This document shows, in pieces, positions 8,439 to 16,402 of a DNA stretch of 33,239 bases; within the stretch, counting starts at the first letter, position 1, and each line of letters opens with the position of its first letter. The DNA comes from Candidatus Firestoneibacteriota bacterium (lineage in GTDB: Bacteria > Oederibacteriota > D2-FULL-39-29 > JBBTED01), in assembly GCA_038042445.1 (NCBI GenBank), contig JBBTED010000042.1, positions 1 to 33,239 of the forward strand. The letters run 5' to 3'. The position numbers and the translations under genes were made by a program. Under the pieces are notes generated by a model. That model was given only the letters and a program-made list of their open reading frames with translations. It was not told where the DNA came from and ran no database searches.

Positions 8439-9531
8439 ATATATCTGACCTTTTTATTGTATTACCATCAATTTCAACTTTGAGTAATGGCCAATCAGGT
8501 GAAACTGTAATTATTTCAGGATGATTAACACCCACTATTATTGTATCTTCTGATTTAGTACCTGTAATTGATGGATTCCATGCTACTGCCTGGTTTAAAT
8601 ACAAAACTTCATTGCTATCTGGAATCGCTTTATAATCCCGCGGAGCATAACCTGTAGTTCCTCCTTGATGATGCAACTTCCATTCATTTGCAAAACCTGT
8701 TTCTTTATATATTTCTTTTGCTTTTTTTAGTATTTCAGAAACTTTAGCTTGTGGTTTACTTACATTTATCATATTCGCATCAACCTTAACTACAGCAGAA
8801 TGCTTTCTCCTAACTTCAGAATTAATTTTCCCAAAATAAACAAGTCTTGTAACTGAAGCTATTAACCCACAAATTCTGGCACCTATTACCACCATCACAT
8901 ATTTATCTATTTTTTTATCAGTTGGAAGTGGATGCCTGTATTTAAAAATTCTTTCATCAGAAGCAATCAATAAAACTACGGGATCAATTTTATTTTTTAT
9001 AAGCAAATTAGACATCATACCTGCTACTTCATATTCTGAATAACCTGGTTTTATGCTTTTGCAAACTTGGGCAATAGAAATACCACATATTTGCCCTAAA
9101 TCCTTGTATCTTTGTATTTCTTCAGGTGTTAAAGAATAACGTAATTTTGCAAATTCACCTTTAAGCATAACTGTATCACTGGAATTATCATCTGAACCTA
9201 TCTTTTTTCTTGAAATAAGTTTTTTTATTATTTCTTGTTTTTTATAATCCTGCCACCAATTATATGTTTTAAATTCACACTTTATTGGAAAATTTACAAG
9301 TTCTTCATTTTTTATCCTTGGAGTTTCTATATTATTTGTAATCACATATATTTTATTTTTTGTTACTAACAGACTTGCAACTCCAAGTTCTGTAGCTAAT
9401 CCAACGTAATTTCTTTTACCCCCAGTTACCCATGCAAAATTGTCCTGACGTGAAATCAACATACCATCTATATTGTATGTTTCCAAAAAACCGTGCACTT
9501 TTTTTATTTTATGTTTTATCTCAGTATTCAT
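8425..9531 (-). CDS. M24/creatinase-fold (pita-bread) protein lacking most canonical metal ligands
   Basis: N-terminal creatinase-like domain; ASVTR, HHQGG, AWNPS and KSEDT motifs. Start moved to ATG 9531 because the upstream extension is repeat-derived. Confidence 0.8.
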   Translation of the reverse strand: MNTEIKHKIKKVHGFLETYNIDGMLISRQDNFAWVTGGKRNYVGLATELGVASLLVTKNKIYVITNNIETPRIKNEELVNFPIKCEFKTYNWWQDYKKQEIIKKLISRKKIGSDDNSSDTVMLKGEFAKLRYSLTPEEIQRYKDLGQICGISIAQVCKSIKPGYSEYEVAGMMSNLLIKNKIDPVVLLIASDERIFKYRHPLPTDKKIDKYVMVVIGARICGLIASVTRLVYFGKINSEVRRKHSAVVKVDANMINVSKPQAKVSEILKKAKEIYKETGFANEWKLHHQGGTTGYAPRDYKAIPDSNEVLYLNQAVAWNPSITGTKSEDTIIVGVNHPEIITVSPDWPLLKVEIDGNTIKRSDILISR

Positions 9532-9534
9532 CTT

Positions 9535-9571
9535 CCCCCTCACCCTATCCCTCTCCCACAAGGGGAGAGGG
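9535..9571. repeat. Repeat family B, intact copy
   Basis: CCCCCTCACCCTAT followed by a 9-bp stem CCCTCTCCC(9549-9557)/GGGAGAGGG(9563-9571). Confidence 0.8.
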
Positions 9572-9582
9572 TAAACAAATTT

Positions 9583-9607
9583 TAATTAGGGATGTTGCCC
9601 CTAATTA
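9583..9607 (-). terminator. Hairpin immediately after the rsmE stop (possible terminator)
   Basis: TAATTAGGG-ATGTTGC-CCCTAATTA, 9-bp stem; U-tract is weak. Confidence 0.4.
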
Positions 9608-10333
9608 CTAATTAAATTCATATAATATGTTGGAAATAACAACTATTCCCGCGGTTTCTGTACGCAATATTTTTGGACCTAACCAAACAGGAATTGCCCC
9701 AGAATTAACTGCACTATCTACTTCTCTACGTGCAAATCCACCTTCTGGACCTATAAAAACTATTATTTTATTGGCACCTTTATGCTTTTGTAAAATATCC
9801 CGCATTCCTGAAAAGTTTGATGCACCTTCCCAAAAAAACAATGACAACTCATAATTTGGACACTCCATAATTGCATCTTTAAATTCCACAGGATTTTCAA
9901 TCACAGGCAATATATTACCTCCACTTTGAGTACAAGATTCAATGGCAATTTTTTTTAATCGTTGTTTTTTTTCTTCTGAAAATTTTCTTATTATAGATCT
10001 TTCTGTAATCACAGGAATTATACGTTCAACTCCAAGTTCTACAGATTTTTGAACTATTAACTCCATTTTATTTAATTTAGGAATTCCCTGACATAAAGTT
10101 ATTTTAATATTTGTTTCATTTTTTGACAAAGTTTTTTTTAGTATTTTAAGCTTAACTTCTTGTTTACCTATATGTGTAATTTCAACTACATAATTATATC
10201 CTGTACTATCATATATTTCTAAATTATCCTTGCATTTAAACTTAAGAACGTTTTTGATATGCTGGACATCACTGCCAAGAATAACCAAATTATCATTGCA
10301 AATCTGTGCTGGTGGGACAAAAAATCTATGCAT
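9608..10333 (-). CDS. rsmE: 16S rRNA m3U1498 methyltransferase
   Basis: IVQKSVELGV, IGPEGGF, LGPKILRTETA; follows dnaJ. Confidence 0.96.
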   Translation of the reverse strand: MHRFFVPPAQICNDNLVILGSDVQHIKNVLKFKCKDNLEIYDSTGYNYVVEITHIGKQEVKLKILKKTLSKNETNIKITLCQGIPKLNKMELIVQKSVELGVERIIPVITERSIIRKFSEEKKQRLKKIAIESCTQSGGNILPVIENPVEFKDAIMECPNYELSLFFWEGASNFSGMRDILQKHKGANKIIVFIGPEGGFARREVDSAVNSGAIPVWLGPKILRTETAGIVVISNILYEFN

Positions 10334-11445
10334 TATTTAAAAAATTCTTTTATTCTCTTTAAAAAGGTTTTCTTGATTGGATGAATATCATCAGTACTTA
10401 TTTGTGCAAATTGTCTTAATAAATCTTTTTGTCTTTCATTTAGATTTGTTGGAATTTCCACAGTAATTTTTATAAGTTGATCTCCACGGTTATAGCCATT
10501 TATGTTTGGGAATCCCTTGCCTTTTAACTTCAGTATGCTTCCAGACTGAGTGCCTTGTGGAATTTTAAGTTCATTTATTCCATCAATACCGGGAACTTCT
10601 ATAACATCACCCAAAATAGCTTGTAGAAATGTAACTGGCATTTCACATATAATATTATTTTCATCTCGTTGAAAAAATGGATGTGTATCAACATGAAGCA
10701 CTACATATAAATCTCCAGGAGAACCACCTCTTCTACCTGATTCTCCTTCACGGGCAAGCTTTATATGTGACCCAGTACGAACACCTGCAGGGACTTTTAA
10801 TACTATTTTTCTCTCTTGTTTTATCCTGCCCTGACCACGGCATTTATCACAAGGACTCTCAATTATAACACCTTCACCTCTACACTTATCACAAGTTTTA
10901 CTTATACTAAAAAATCCCTGCGAATATCTCACTTGCCCCCTACCAGAACATTTCGGACAAGATTTAGTACCTGTGCCGTGCTTTGAGCCACTACCTTGGC
11001 AATTAGAACATATTTCTAATCTTGGAATTTCAATTGTTTTTTCCACACCATGAGCAGCATCCATAAAACTTATTTGCAAATCATAACGTAAATCGCTTCC
11101 TCTCTCTTCACTTTGCGTATTACGAGTTGTAGCCCCTCCAAAGAAATCATCAAAAATATTTTCGAATACTTCCGAAAATCCTCCAAATCCGAAATCCGTT
11201 CCAGAGCCAGAATATTCTGCACCAGGACCCACATGTCCGTATTGATCATAATATGCTCGTTTTTCCGGATCACTTAAAATTTGACATGCTTCATTTATTT
11301 CTTTAAATTTTGATTCTGAAACTTTATCTCCAGGATTCAAATCAGGATGATATTTTTTTGCAAGTTGCCTGTATGCACGTTTTATATCTTCATCATTTGC
11401 ATTTTTTGAAATTCCCAAAACTTTATAATAATCTTGTTTTTCCAT
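10333..11445 (-). CDS. dnaJ: Chaperone DnaJ (class A)
   Basis: HPD J-domain, G/F region, four CxxCxGxG motifs, C-terminal domain. Confidence 0.97.
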   Translation of the reverse strand: MEKQDYYKVLGISKNANDEDIKRAYRQLAKKYHPDLNPGDKVSESKFKEINEACQILSDPEKRAYYDQYGHVGPGAEYSGSGTDFGFGGFSEVFENIFDDFFGGATTRNTQSEERGSDLRYDLQISFMDAAHGVEKTIEIPRLEICSNCQGSGSKHGTGTKSCPKCSGRGQVRYSQGFFSISKTCDKCRGEGVIIESPCDKCRGQGRIKQERKIVLKVPAGVRTGSHIKLAREGESGRRGGSPGDLYVVLHVDTHPFFQRDENNIICEMPVTFLQAILGDVIEVPGIDGINELKIPQGTQSGSILKLKGKGFPNINGYNRGDQLIKITVEIPTNLNERQKDLLRQFAQISTDDIHPIKKTFLKRIKEFFK

Positions 11446-11474
11446 ATTTTTTTATAAATAGGATTACGAATATG

Positions 11475-12140
11475 TTATGATTTTATATCAGAATTAGATT
11501 CATCTATTATTGACTCATTAGGAATCGGCTCTTGTTTTACTATTTTTTCAGAAACTGGATTTTTTGCAACTTTAACCATAGCAGGTCTAAGTACTTTATC
11601 TTTAAAATTGTATCCATACCTTAATTCCTCTAATATTGTACCTTCTTCAACCTCATCTGTCTCCACCTGTAAAACAACCTCATGGAACATTGGGTCAAAT
11701 ACTTTTCCTCGAACATCTTGTCGTTTCAATCCTTCTTTCTCCAATACTGAAATCAATTCTTTATATATAAGCTTAATACCATCAAAAAATTTTATAGCAT
11801 TTTTATCAACAATATCATTACGTTTTAATGCATTCTCAAAACTATCAACTATTGGTAATATTTTAAAAATCAATTCGGAATTTGTATATTTCCTAAAAGT
11901 TTCCGTATCCTGCTCAAATTTTTTACGGTAATTTGATAATTCAGCTATAGCTCTTAAACTCCTCTCCTTATACATAATGAGTTCTTTTTGAACTTCGTCA
12001 AGTTTATTTTTAAGTTCTAATGATTCTTTAGACTCTGTTTCTTTTTCTTGTTTTTCAGAAAAGATTTCAGTTTCCGTTTGCACCTGATTCTCTTCTACTT
12101 CTTTTATTTTTTTATCTTCATTATGCAATATTTTTTTCAA
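11475..12140 (-). CDS. grpE: Nucleotide exchange factor GrpE
   Basis: AELSNYRK, FDPMFHE, VLRPAMVKV; TTG start with GGAG SD. Confidence 0.95.
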   Translation of the reverse strand: MKKILHNEDKKIKEVEENQVQTETEIFSEKQEKETESKESLELKNKLDEVQKELIMYKERSLRAIAELSNYRKKFEQDTETFRKYTNSELIFKILPIVDSFENALKRNDIVDKNAIKFFDGIKLIYKELISVLEKEGLKRQDVRGKVFDPMFHEVVLQVETDEVEEGTILEELRYGYNFKDKVLRPAMVKVAKNPVSEKIVKQEPIPNESIIDESNSDIKS

Positions 12141-12152
12141 ATTTTCTCCATT

Positions 12153-12512
12153 CTAATGTTTCTTTAAATCCAATAATAAGTCAATTAATTGTTTTTTTAT
12201 ATTTTTTAGAACCTCTGTCAGCTCAACTTCTCTGAAATTGAATTCCATTTGCTTGCCAGTTTTTTTCTCATCCAGCATTTTTTTCTTTGCACCAGAAATT
12301 GTAAATCCATCCTGATGTAATAATTTTTTAATTAATAATACTGTATCTACATCTTTTTTTCTATAAACTCTCTGTTTCCCACTTGTTTTCGTAGGACTTA
12401 AAGACTTAAATTCAGATTCCCAATACCTTAAAACATAAGACTTTACTCCTGCAATTTTACTCACTTCTCCTATTGTGTAAAACAATTTATCTGGAATTAT
12501 TTCCATATTCAC
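12153..12512 (-). CDS. MerR-family regulator (ihfA-associated type)
   Basis: IPDKLFYTIGEVS...VLRYWESEF...GFTISGAKK. Confidence 0.9.
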   Translation of the reverse strand: MNMEIIPDKLFYTIGEVSKIAGVKSYVLRYWESEFKSLSPTKTSGKQRVYRKKDVDTVLLIKKLLHQDGFTISGAKKKMLDEKKTGKQMEFNFREVELTEVLKNIKKQLIDLLLDLKKH

Positions 12513-12800
12513 CTAACCTATGCTCCTAATATCAGATTTCAATTCTTTGCTTGCTTTAAAAAAAACAGTCTTCCTCTCTGGAAGATCAACTTTTGCACCT
12601 GTTTTAGGGTTTCTTGCAATTCTCGCACGTTTAATTTTAACATTAAAACTTCCAAATCCTGTAATATGGACCTTTTCATTTTGCTTTAATGTATTCACTA
12701 TTGTATCAATTATTTTTTGCACAGATATATTGGCTATTTTTCCAGTAACACCTAATTCTTCAACTTTTTTTGCCAAATCCGCTTTTGCCACAGTAATCAT
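12513..12800 (-). CDS. HU/IHF family DNA-binding protein (IHF-alpha-like context)
   Basis: GFGSFNV and ARNPKTG arm motif; directly upstream of the MerR gene. Confidence 0.92.
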   Translation of the reverse strand: MITVAKADLAKKVEELGVTGKIANISVQKIIDTIVNTLKQNEKVHITGFGSFNVKIKRARIARNPKTGAKVDLPERKTVFFKASKELKSDIRSIG

Positions 12801-13819
12801 ATTCTGCCTCCCAAAAATGTCTCTTCCTCAGATTTCACTGGCCGTGACATTAAATCTATTACCGCAGTCTTTGCAAGTTTATCTTCAAAAAGAACAGAAT
12901 AAACTTCACTCACTATTGGCATATCTACTTTTATTTTTTTTGATAATACATACGCAGATTTTGTTGTGGGAACACCTTCAGCAACCATTTCCATTTTCTG
13001 CATAATTTTTTTTAACGTTTTGCCTTTACCCAATAATTCCCCAACTGCCCTATTCCTACTGAATTTACTCATACAAGTAACTATCAAATCACCCATACCA
13101 GAAAGCCCTGCAAAAGTAGATTTTTTTGCCCCCAATTTTCCCCCTAACCTACTCATTTCAGCAAGTCCACGAGTCATCAATGCTGCTTTTGCATTATCGC
13201 CCAACCCAATACCATCTATAATACCTGTTGCAATAGCAATAACATTTTTTAATGCCCCACCTAATTCTACTCCTATTATATCAGAATTTGTATAAATTCT
13301 AAAGTGTGAAGTTTTAAAAATATTTTGTATTTTATAGGAATTTTCTTTTTTAAAAGCTGAACATACGACTGCTGTTGGAACATTTTTTGAAACTTCTTCT
13401 GCATGACTTGGACCGGATAAAACTACTAATCGATTTTTAATACCGGGAATTTCCTGCAATAATATTTCAGACATTCTGCACAAAGTATCATTTTCTATAC
13501 CTTTTGTTACACTTACTACCAAAACATCAGAAGATTTAATCACCTCATTAATTTTTTTAACTGTATTTCTAAAAAATTGAGATGGCACTGCTAACACTAT
13601 TAATTCCACCTTATCCAATGCCTCTTTAAAATCAGATGTAATAATTATTCCTTTCGGTATAGACATATTAGGAAGAAACTTAACATTTTCACGTTTTTTA
13701 TCCAAAAATTTTGCATAATCCGGAAAATGCTCCAAAATAGAAACTCTATTCCCTTTTTTATGTAAAAGTATTGCTAATGTTGTCCCCCAACCCCCTGCAC
13801 CCACAACTGCAATATTCAT
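12797..13819 (-). CDS. gpsA: NAD(P)H-dependent glycerol-3-phosphate dehydrogenase
   Basis: GAGGWGT, LSGPSHA, GGALKNVIA, GDLIVTC, SRNR. Start set at ATG 13819 (MNIAVVG) because the ORF-track extension is repeat-derived. Confidence 0.96.
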   Translation of the reverse strand: MNIAVVGAGGWGTTLAILLHKKGNRVSILEHFPDYAKFLDKKRENVKFLPNMSIPKGIIITSDFKEALDKVELIVLAVPSQFFRNTVKKINEVIKSSDVLVVSVTKGIENDTLCRMSEILLQEIPGIKNRLVVLSGPSHAEEVSKNVPTAVVCSAFKKENSYKIQNIFKTSHFRIYTNSDIIGVELGGALKNVIAIATGIIDGIGLGDNAKAALMTRGLAEMSRLGGKLGAKKSTFAGLSGMGDLIVTCMSKFSRNRAVGELLGKGKTLKKIMQKMEMVAEGVPTTKSAYVLSKKIKVDMPIVSEVYSVLFEDKLAKTAVIDLMSRPVKSEEETFLGGRI

Positions 13820-13867
13820 TTGAGATCCTTCGCTAAAGTTCAGGATGCCCCTTCGGGGCATTTTAAA
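13819..13867. repeat. Repeat family A, copy 2 (plsY-gpsA spacer)
   Basis: TTTGAGATCCTTCG...TCAGGATGCCCCTTCGGGGCATTTT; 7-bp stem ATGCCCC/GGGGCAT at 13845-13861. Confidence 0.75.
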
Positions 13868-14489
13868 TTTTTATTTTATTTTCAGCCCCTGAAATCAATC
13901 GTTTTATATTAGGTATATGCTTATATATAACCACAGCAAAAACTATAAGACCAAATACCACATATATTCTTGGTTCCGCAAAAACTAAAAGTAAAAATGG
14001 ATATAACAAAGCACAAAACATAGAACCAACAGATACATATTTAGTTATAGCAACGATTATAATAAATATAATTATTACTACAAACATAACATAAGGTGTA
14101 AGACCAAAAAAAACACCAGCACTTGTTGCTACACCTTTACCACCTTTAAAACTCAAGAACATTGTCCAATTATGTCCTATAATTGCAAATATTCCAACGA
14201 TTATTTTAATTAATTCCTGATTTACAACAGAATCAGTTCCTATTATAGATAATTGTGAAATAAATACAACTGCAATTAAACCTTTTCCTATATCAATAGC
14301 TAAAACAAATAAAGCAGGCAATAAACCTAATGTCCTATAAACATTTGTAGCACCTATATTTTTACTTCCATATTCACGTATATCTATACCCTTAAGAATT
14401 TTGGCAGCAATGAAACTTGTAGGTATAGAACCTATAATATAACTTAATACTATAACTATTACAGTATTACTTATTATTTCCCAATGCAT
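13863..14489 (-). CDS. plsY: Glycerol-3-phosphate acyltransferase PlsY
   Basis: GSIP, DIREYGSKNIGATN, FKGGKGVAT, HIPNIKRL. Confidence 0.96.
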   Translation of the reverse strand: MHWEIISNTVIVIVLSYIIGSIPTSFIAAKILKGIDIREYGSKNIGATNVYRTLGLLPALFVLAIDIGKGLIAVVFISQLSIIGTDSVVNQELIKIIVGIFAIIGHNWTMFLSFKGGKGVATSAGVFFGLTPYVMFVVIIIFIIIVAITKYVSVGSMFCALLYPFLLLVFAEPRIYVVFGLIVFAVVIYKHIPNIKRLISGAENKIKI

Positions 14490-14500
14490 ATTAATAATCT

Positions 14501-14530
14501 ATAATAGTAAATTTGTGTTGCATATGTCAA
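14501..14530 (-). promoter_or_regulatory. Sigma70-type promoter upstream of plsY
   Basis: TTGACA(14530-14525)-18 nt-TATTAT(14506-14501). Confidence 0.55.
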
Positions 14531-14579
14531 ATTATTTTTTAAATAGCTGTGGAAATGGATGGAATGGAAACGAATTTTA

Positions 14580-16220
14580 CTATTTTATTTCTACAATATC
14601 TCCTGCTTCAATTGGTTTCTCAACTCTTAATCTTCTTGCTTCCGAAGCTTCAGGACCAACATATTCTACAATAATAGTAGCTATATATTCTTTCTTTTGC
14701 ATTAAGATTCTACCCTGTGCATCTTTTACAACTTCACCTAATTTACTTACTGTTAATTCCTGACCTATTTTTATATTATCCTGTGCACCTAAATTAATTA
14801 TTACTTTGTCTTCTTTTACCTGTAATACCTTGCCAACTATTGCTATCCGAACAGCAATTTTATTGCTTAACTGGCTAACTGCATCAGGCAGTTGACCTTC
14901 ACTGCTACATCTTTGCTGTTCTGCTAATATTATTTCCCCTTTTTCAACCTCAATAAAACGTATATTGATAATATATTGCTCACCAAGTTTATCTAAACTC
15001 CCAAGAATCATTATCTTCACATTAAGTAGCCTTCCTACTTCAATTGCACACTCTGTACTCGTACATCCTGTTTGCTGTAATGTCTGCTCTTTAAGTATCG
15101 CATCCATTTTCTCGCGCTCTAACACAATAAAACGTCCACTGCGGAATAATTCTGTACGCAAGAGATTTGACACTGTTGCTGATACATAGTCTGAAACATT
15201 ATTTGACACTAAATTAATTATAGCTATTGATAACTTTTCTGTAGAAAAGATGATTGGTCCCTCTGGCCTTATTGTAATTTTTTCTTCTACTTTTTTTATT
15301 TCTTCAGCTCTGCCAAATTGCCAATTAACTCCTATGCGATGACTTCCAAAAGTTTTAGATATAGAATTTATTGGATATGAAAATCCGTAGTCAACTCCAC
15401 CATCACCGAAAATATAGCTTGTTCCAATTGCAAATTCCCTTGAATTTACACCTGTCCTTAGTGCAGTTGTTTTGTCACTATTGTACCATTCTATTCCACC
15501 TGCTATATTTATATCTTCTTTACCATTAACCTTTTTATTCTTGTATGAAACATCTATTATAGGTATAAAATCACCTAATTTGTATGAACTCCCAATTCTT
15601 ATTTGCAATGGTAATTTACCTAAAGTATCATTAGCTAAAGATAAATTTGGCTCATTAATATTTTCACCTACCATCCCAATTGATAAATCAGATGTCAATT
15701 TTAAAAGCATTCCGACATCTATACTTGTACCTGTTTTAGCATATCCATTTTGGTTAAATAATGGATCTAACTTCGCATATTCGTTTTCAACATAAGCAAG
15801 ACCCACTAACTTTCCAGTTATACCTAACGATAAAACATCTTTACTTATATCCTTCGCATAAGAAACTGTTGCCATATACTCACGATATAAATCTGAGTAA
15901 AAATACATATAACCAACTCCGAGTGTTCCAATATTACCTAATGGCTGAACATAGCCTGCAAAACCCTGATTCAAATTATCATAATCTAATCCTAAATATG
16001 GCTTAGTATATATTAAATTAATCTCAGGATTTTTTAACTGTGATATTCCTGCAGGATTCCATAATATAGCACTAACATCATCGCTAATAGCAGTCCAAGC
16101 TCCTGCTAATCCTGACGCCTTTACACCTATTCTATCTTCAAATGCAGCTCTTGATGATATTGCATAAGTTAAAATTAAAATAATCAATCCTGTTTTTTTA
16201 AACATTTCATTTCTCATCAT
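14580..16220 (-). CDS. PorV/PorP(SprF)-like outer-membrane beta-barrel fused to CsgG/HfaB-like and FlgT-C-like domains
   Basis: Signal peptide; GLAGAWTAISDDVSAILWNPAG N-terminal motif; barrel ends SHRIGVNWQFG (~15312); RFIVLERxKMDAILKEQ...EVGRLL CsgG-like domain (~14860-15235); VIINLGAQDNIKIGQEL...GDIV FlgT-C-like domain. Confidence 0.72.
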   Translation of the reverse strand: MMRNEMFKKTGLIILILTYAISSRAAFEDRIGVKASGLAGAWTAISDDVSAILWNPAGISQLKNPEINLIYTKPYLGLDYDNLNQGFAGYVQPLGNIGTLGVGYMYFYSDLYREYMATVSYAKDISKDVLSLGITGKLVGLAYVENEYAKLDPLFNQNGYAKTGTSIDVGMLLKLTSDLSIGMVGENINEPNLSLANDTLGKLPLQIRIGSSYKLGDFIPIIDVSYKNKKVNGKEDINIAGGIEWYNSDKTTALRTGVNSREFAIGTSYIFGDGGVDYGFSYPINSISKTFGSHRIGVNWQFGRAEEIKKVEEKITIRPEGPIIFSTEKLSIAIINLVSNNVSDYVSATVSNLLRTELFRSGRFIVLEREKMDAILKEQTLQQTGCTSTECAIEVGRLLNVKIMILGSLDKLGEQYIINIRFIEVEKGEIILAEQQRCSSEGQLPDAVSQLSNKIAVRIAIVGKVLQVKEDKVIINLGAQDNIKIGQELTVSKLGEVVKDAQGRILMQKKEYIATIIVEYVGPEASEARRLRVEKPIEAGDIVEIK

Positions 16221-16247
16221 AGTTTTTCATGTCATTCCTGTGAACAG

Positions 16248-16388
16248 ACTGTGTCATAATTCTAAATTTCATTGATTTATCGGGCTTGATAAATCAAGCC
16301 CCTACAATCATCAATAAATTTAAATATTTTTGTAGGGGTCGGATTTATCCGACCCGGAAAAACCGATTTTTGTAGATTATGACACAGT
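16248..16388. mobile_element. 141-bp MITE-like element with 13-bp terminal inverted repeats enclosing a GTAG-type REP doublet
   Basis: ACTGTGTCATAAT(16248-16260) and ATTATGACACAGT(16376-16388) are perfect inverted repeats; internal REPs at 16281-16306 and 16331-16356 in inverted orientation. Confidence 0.75.
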
Positions 16389-16402
16389 TGTAGAACAACA
16401 TT

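Noticed and set aside
9532..9561. N-terminal extension MWERDRVRGK of the M24 ORF
   Set aside because: Encoded by the family B repeat; ATG 9531 is the better start.
14549..14572. TGGAAATGGATGGAATGGAAA micro-repeat
   Set aside because: Short, irregular and single-copy; no function can be supported.
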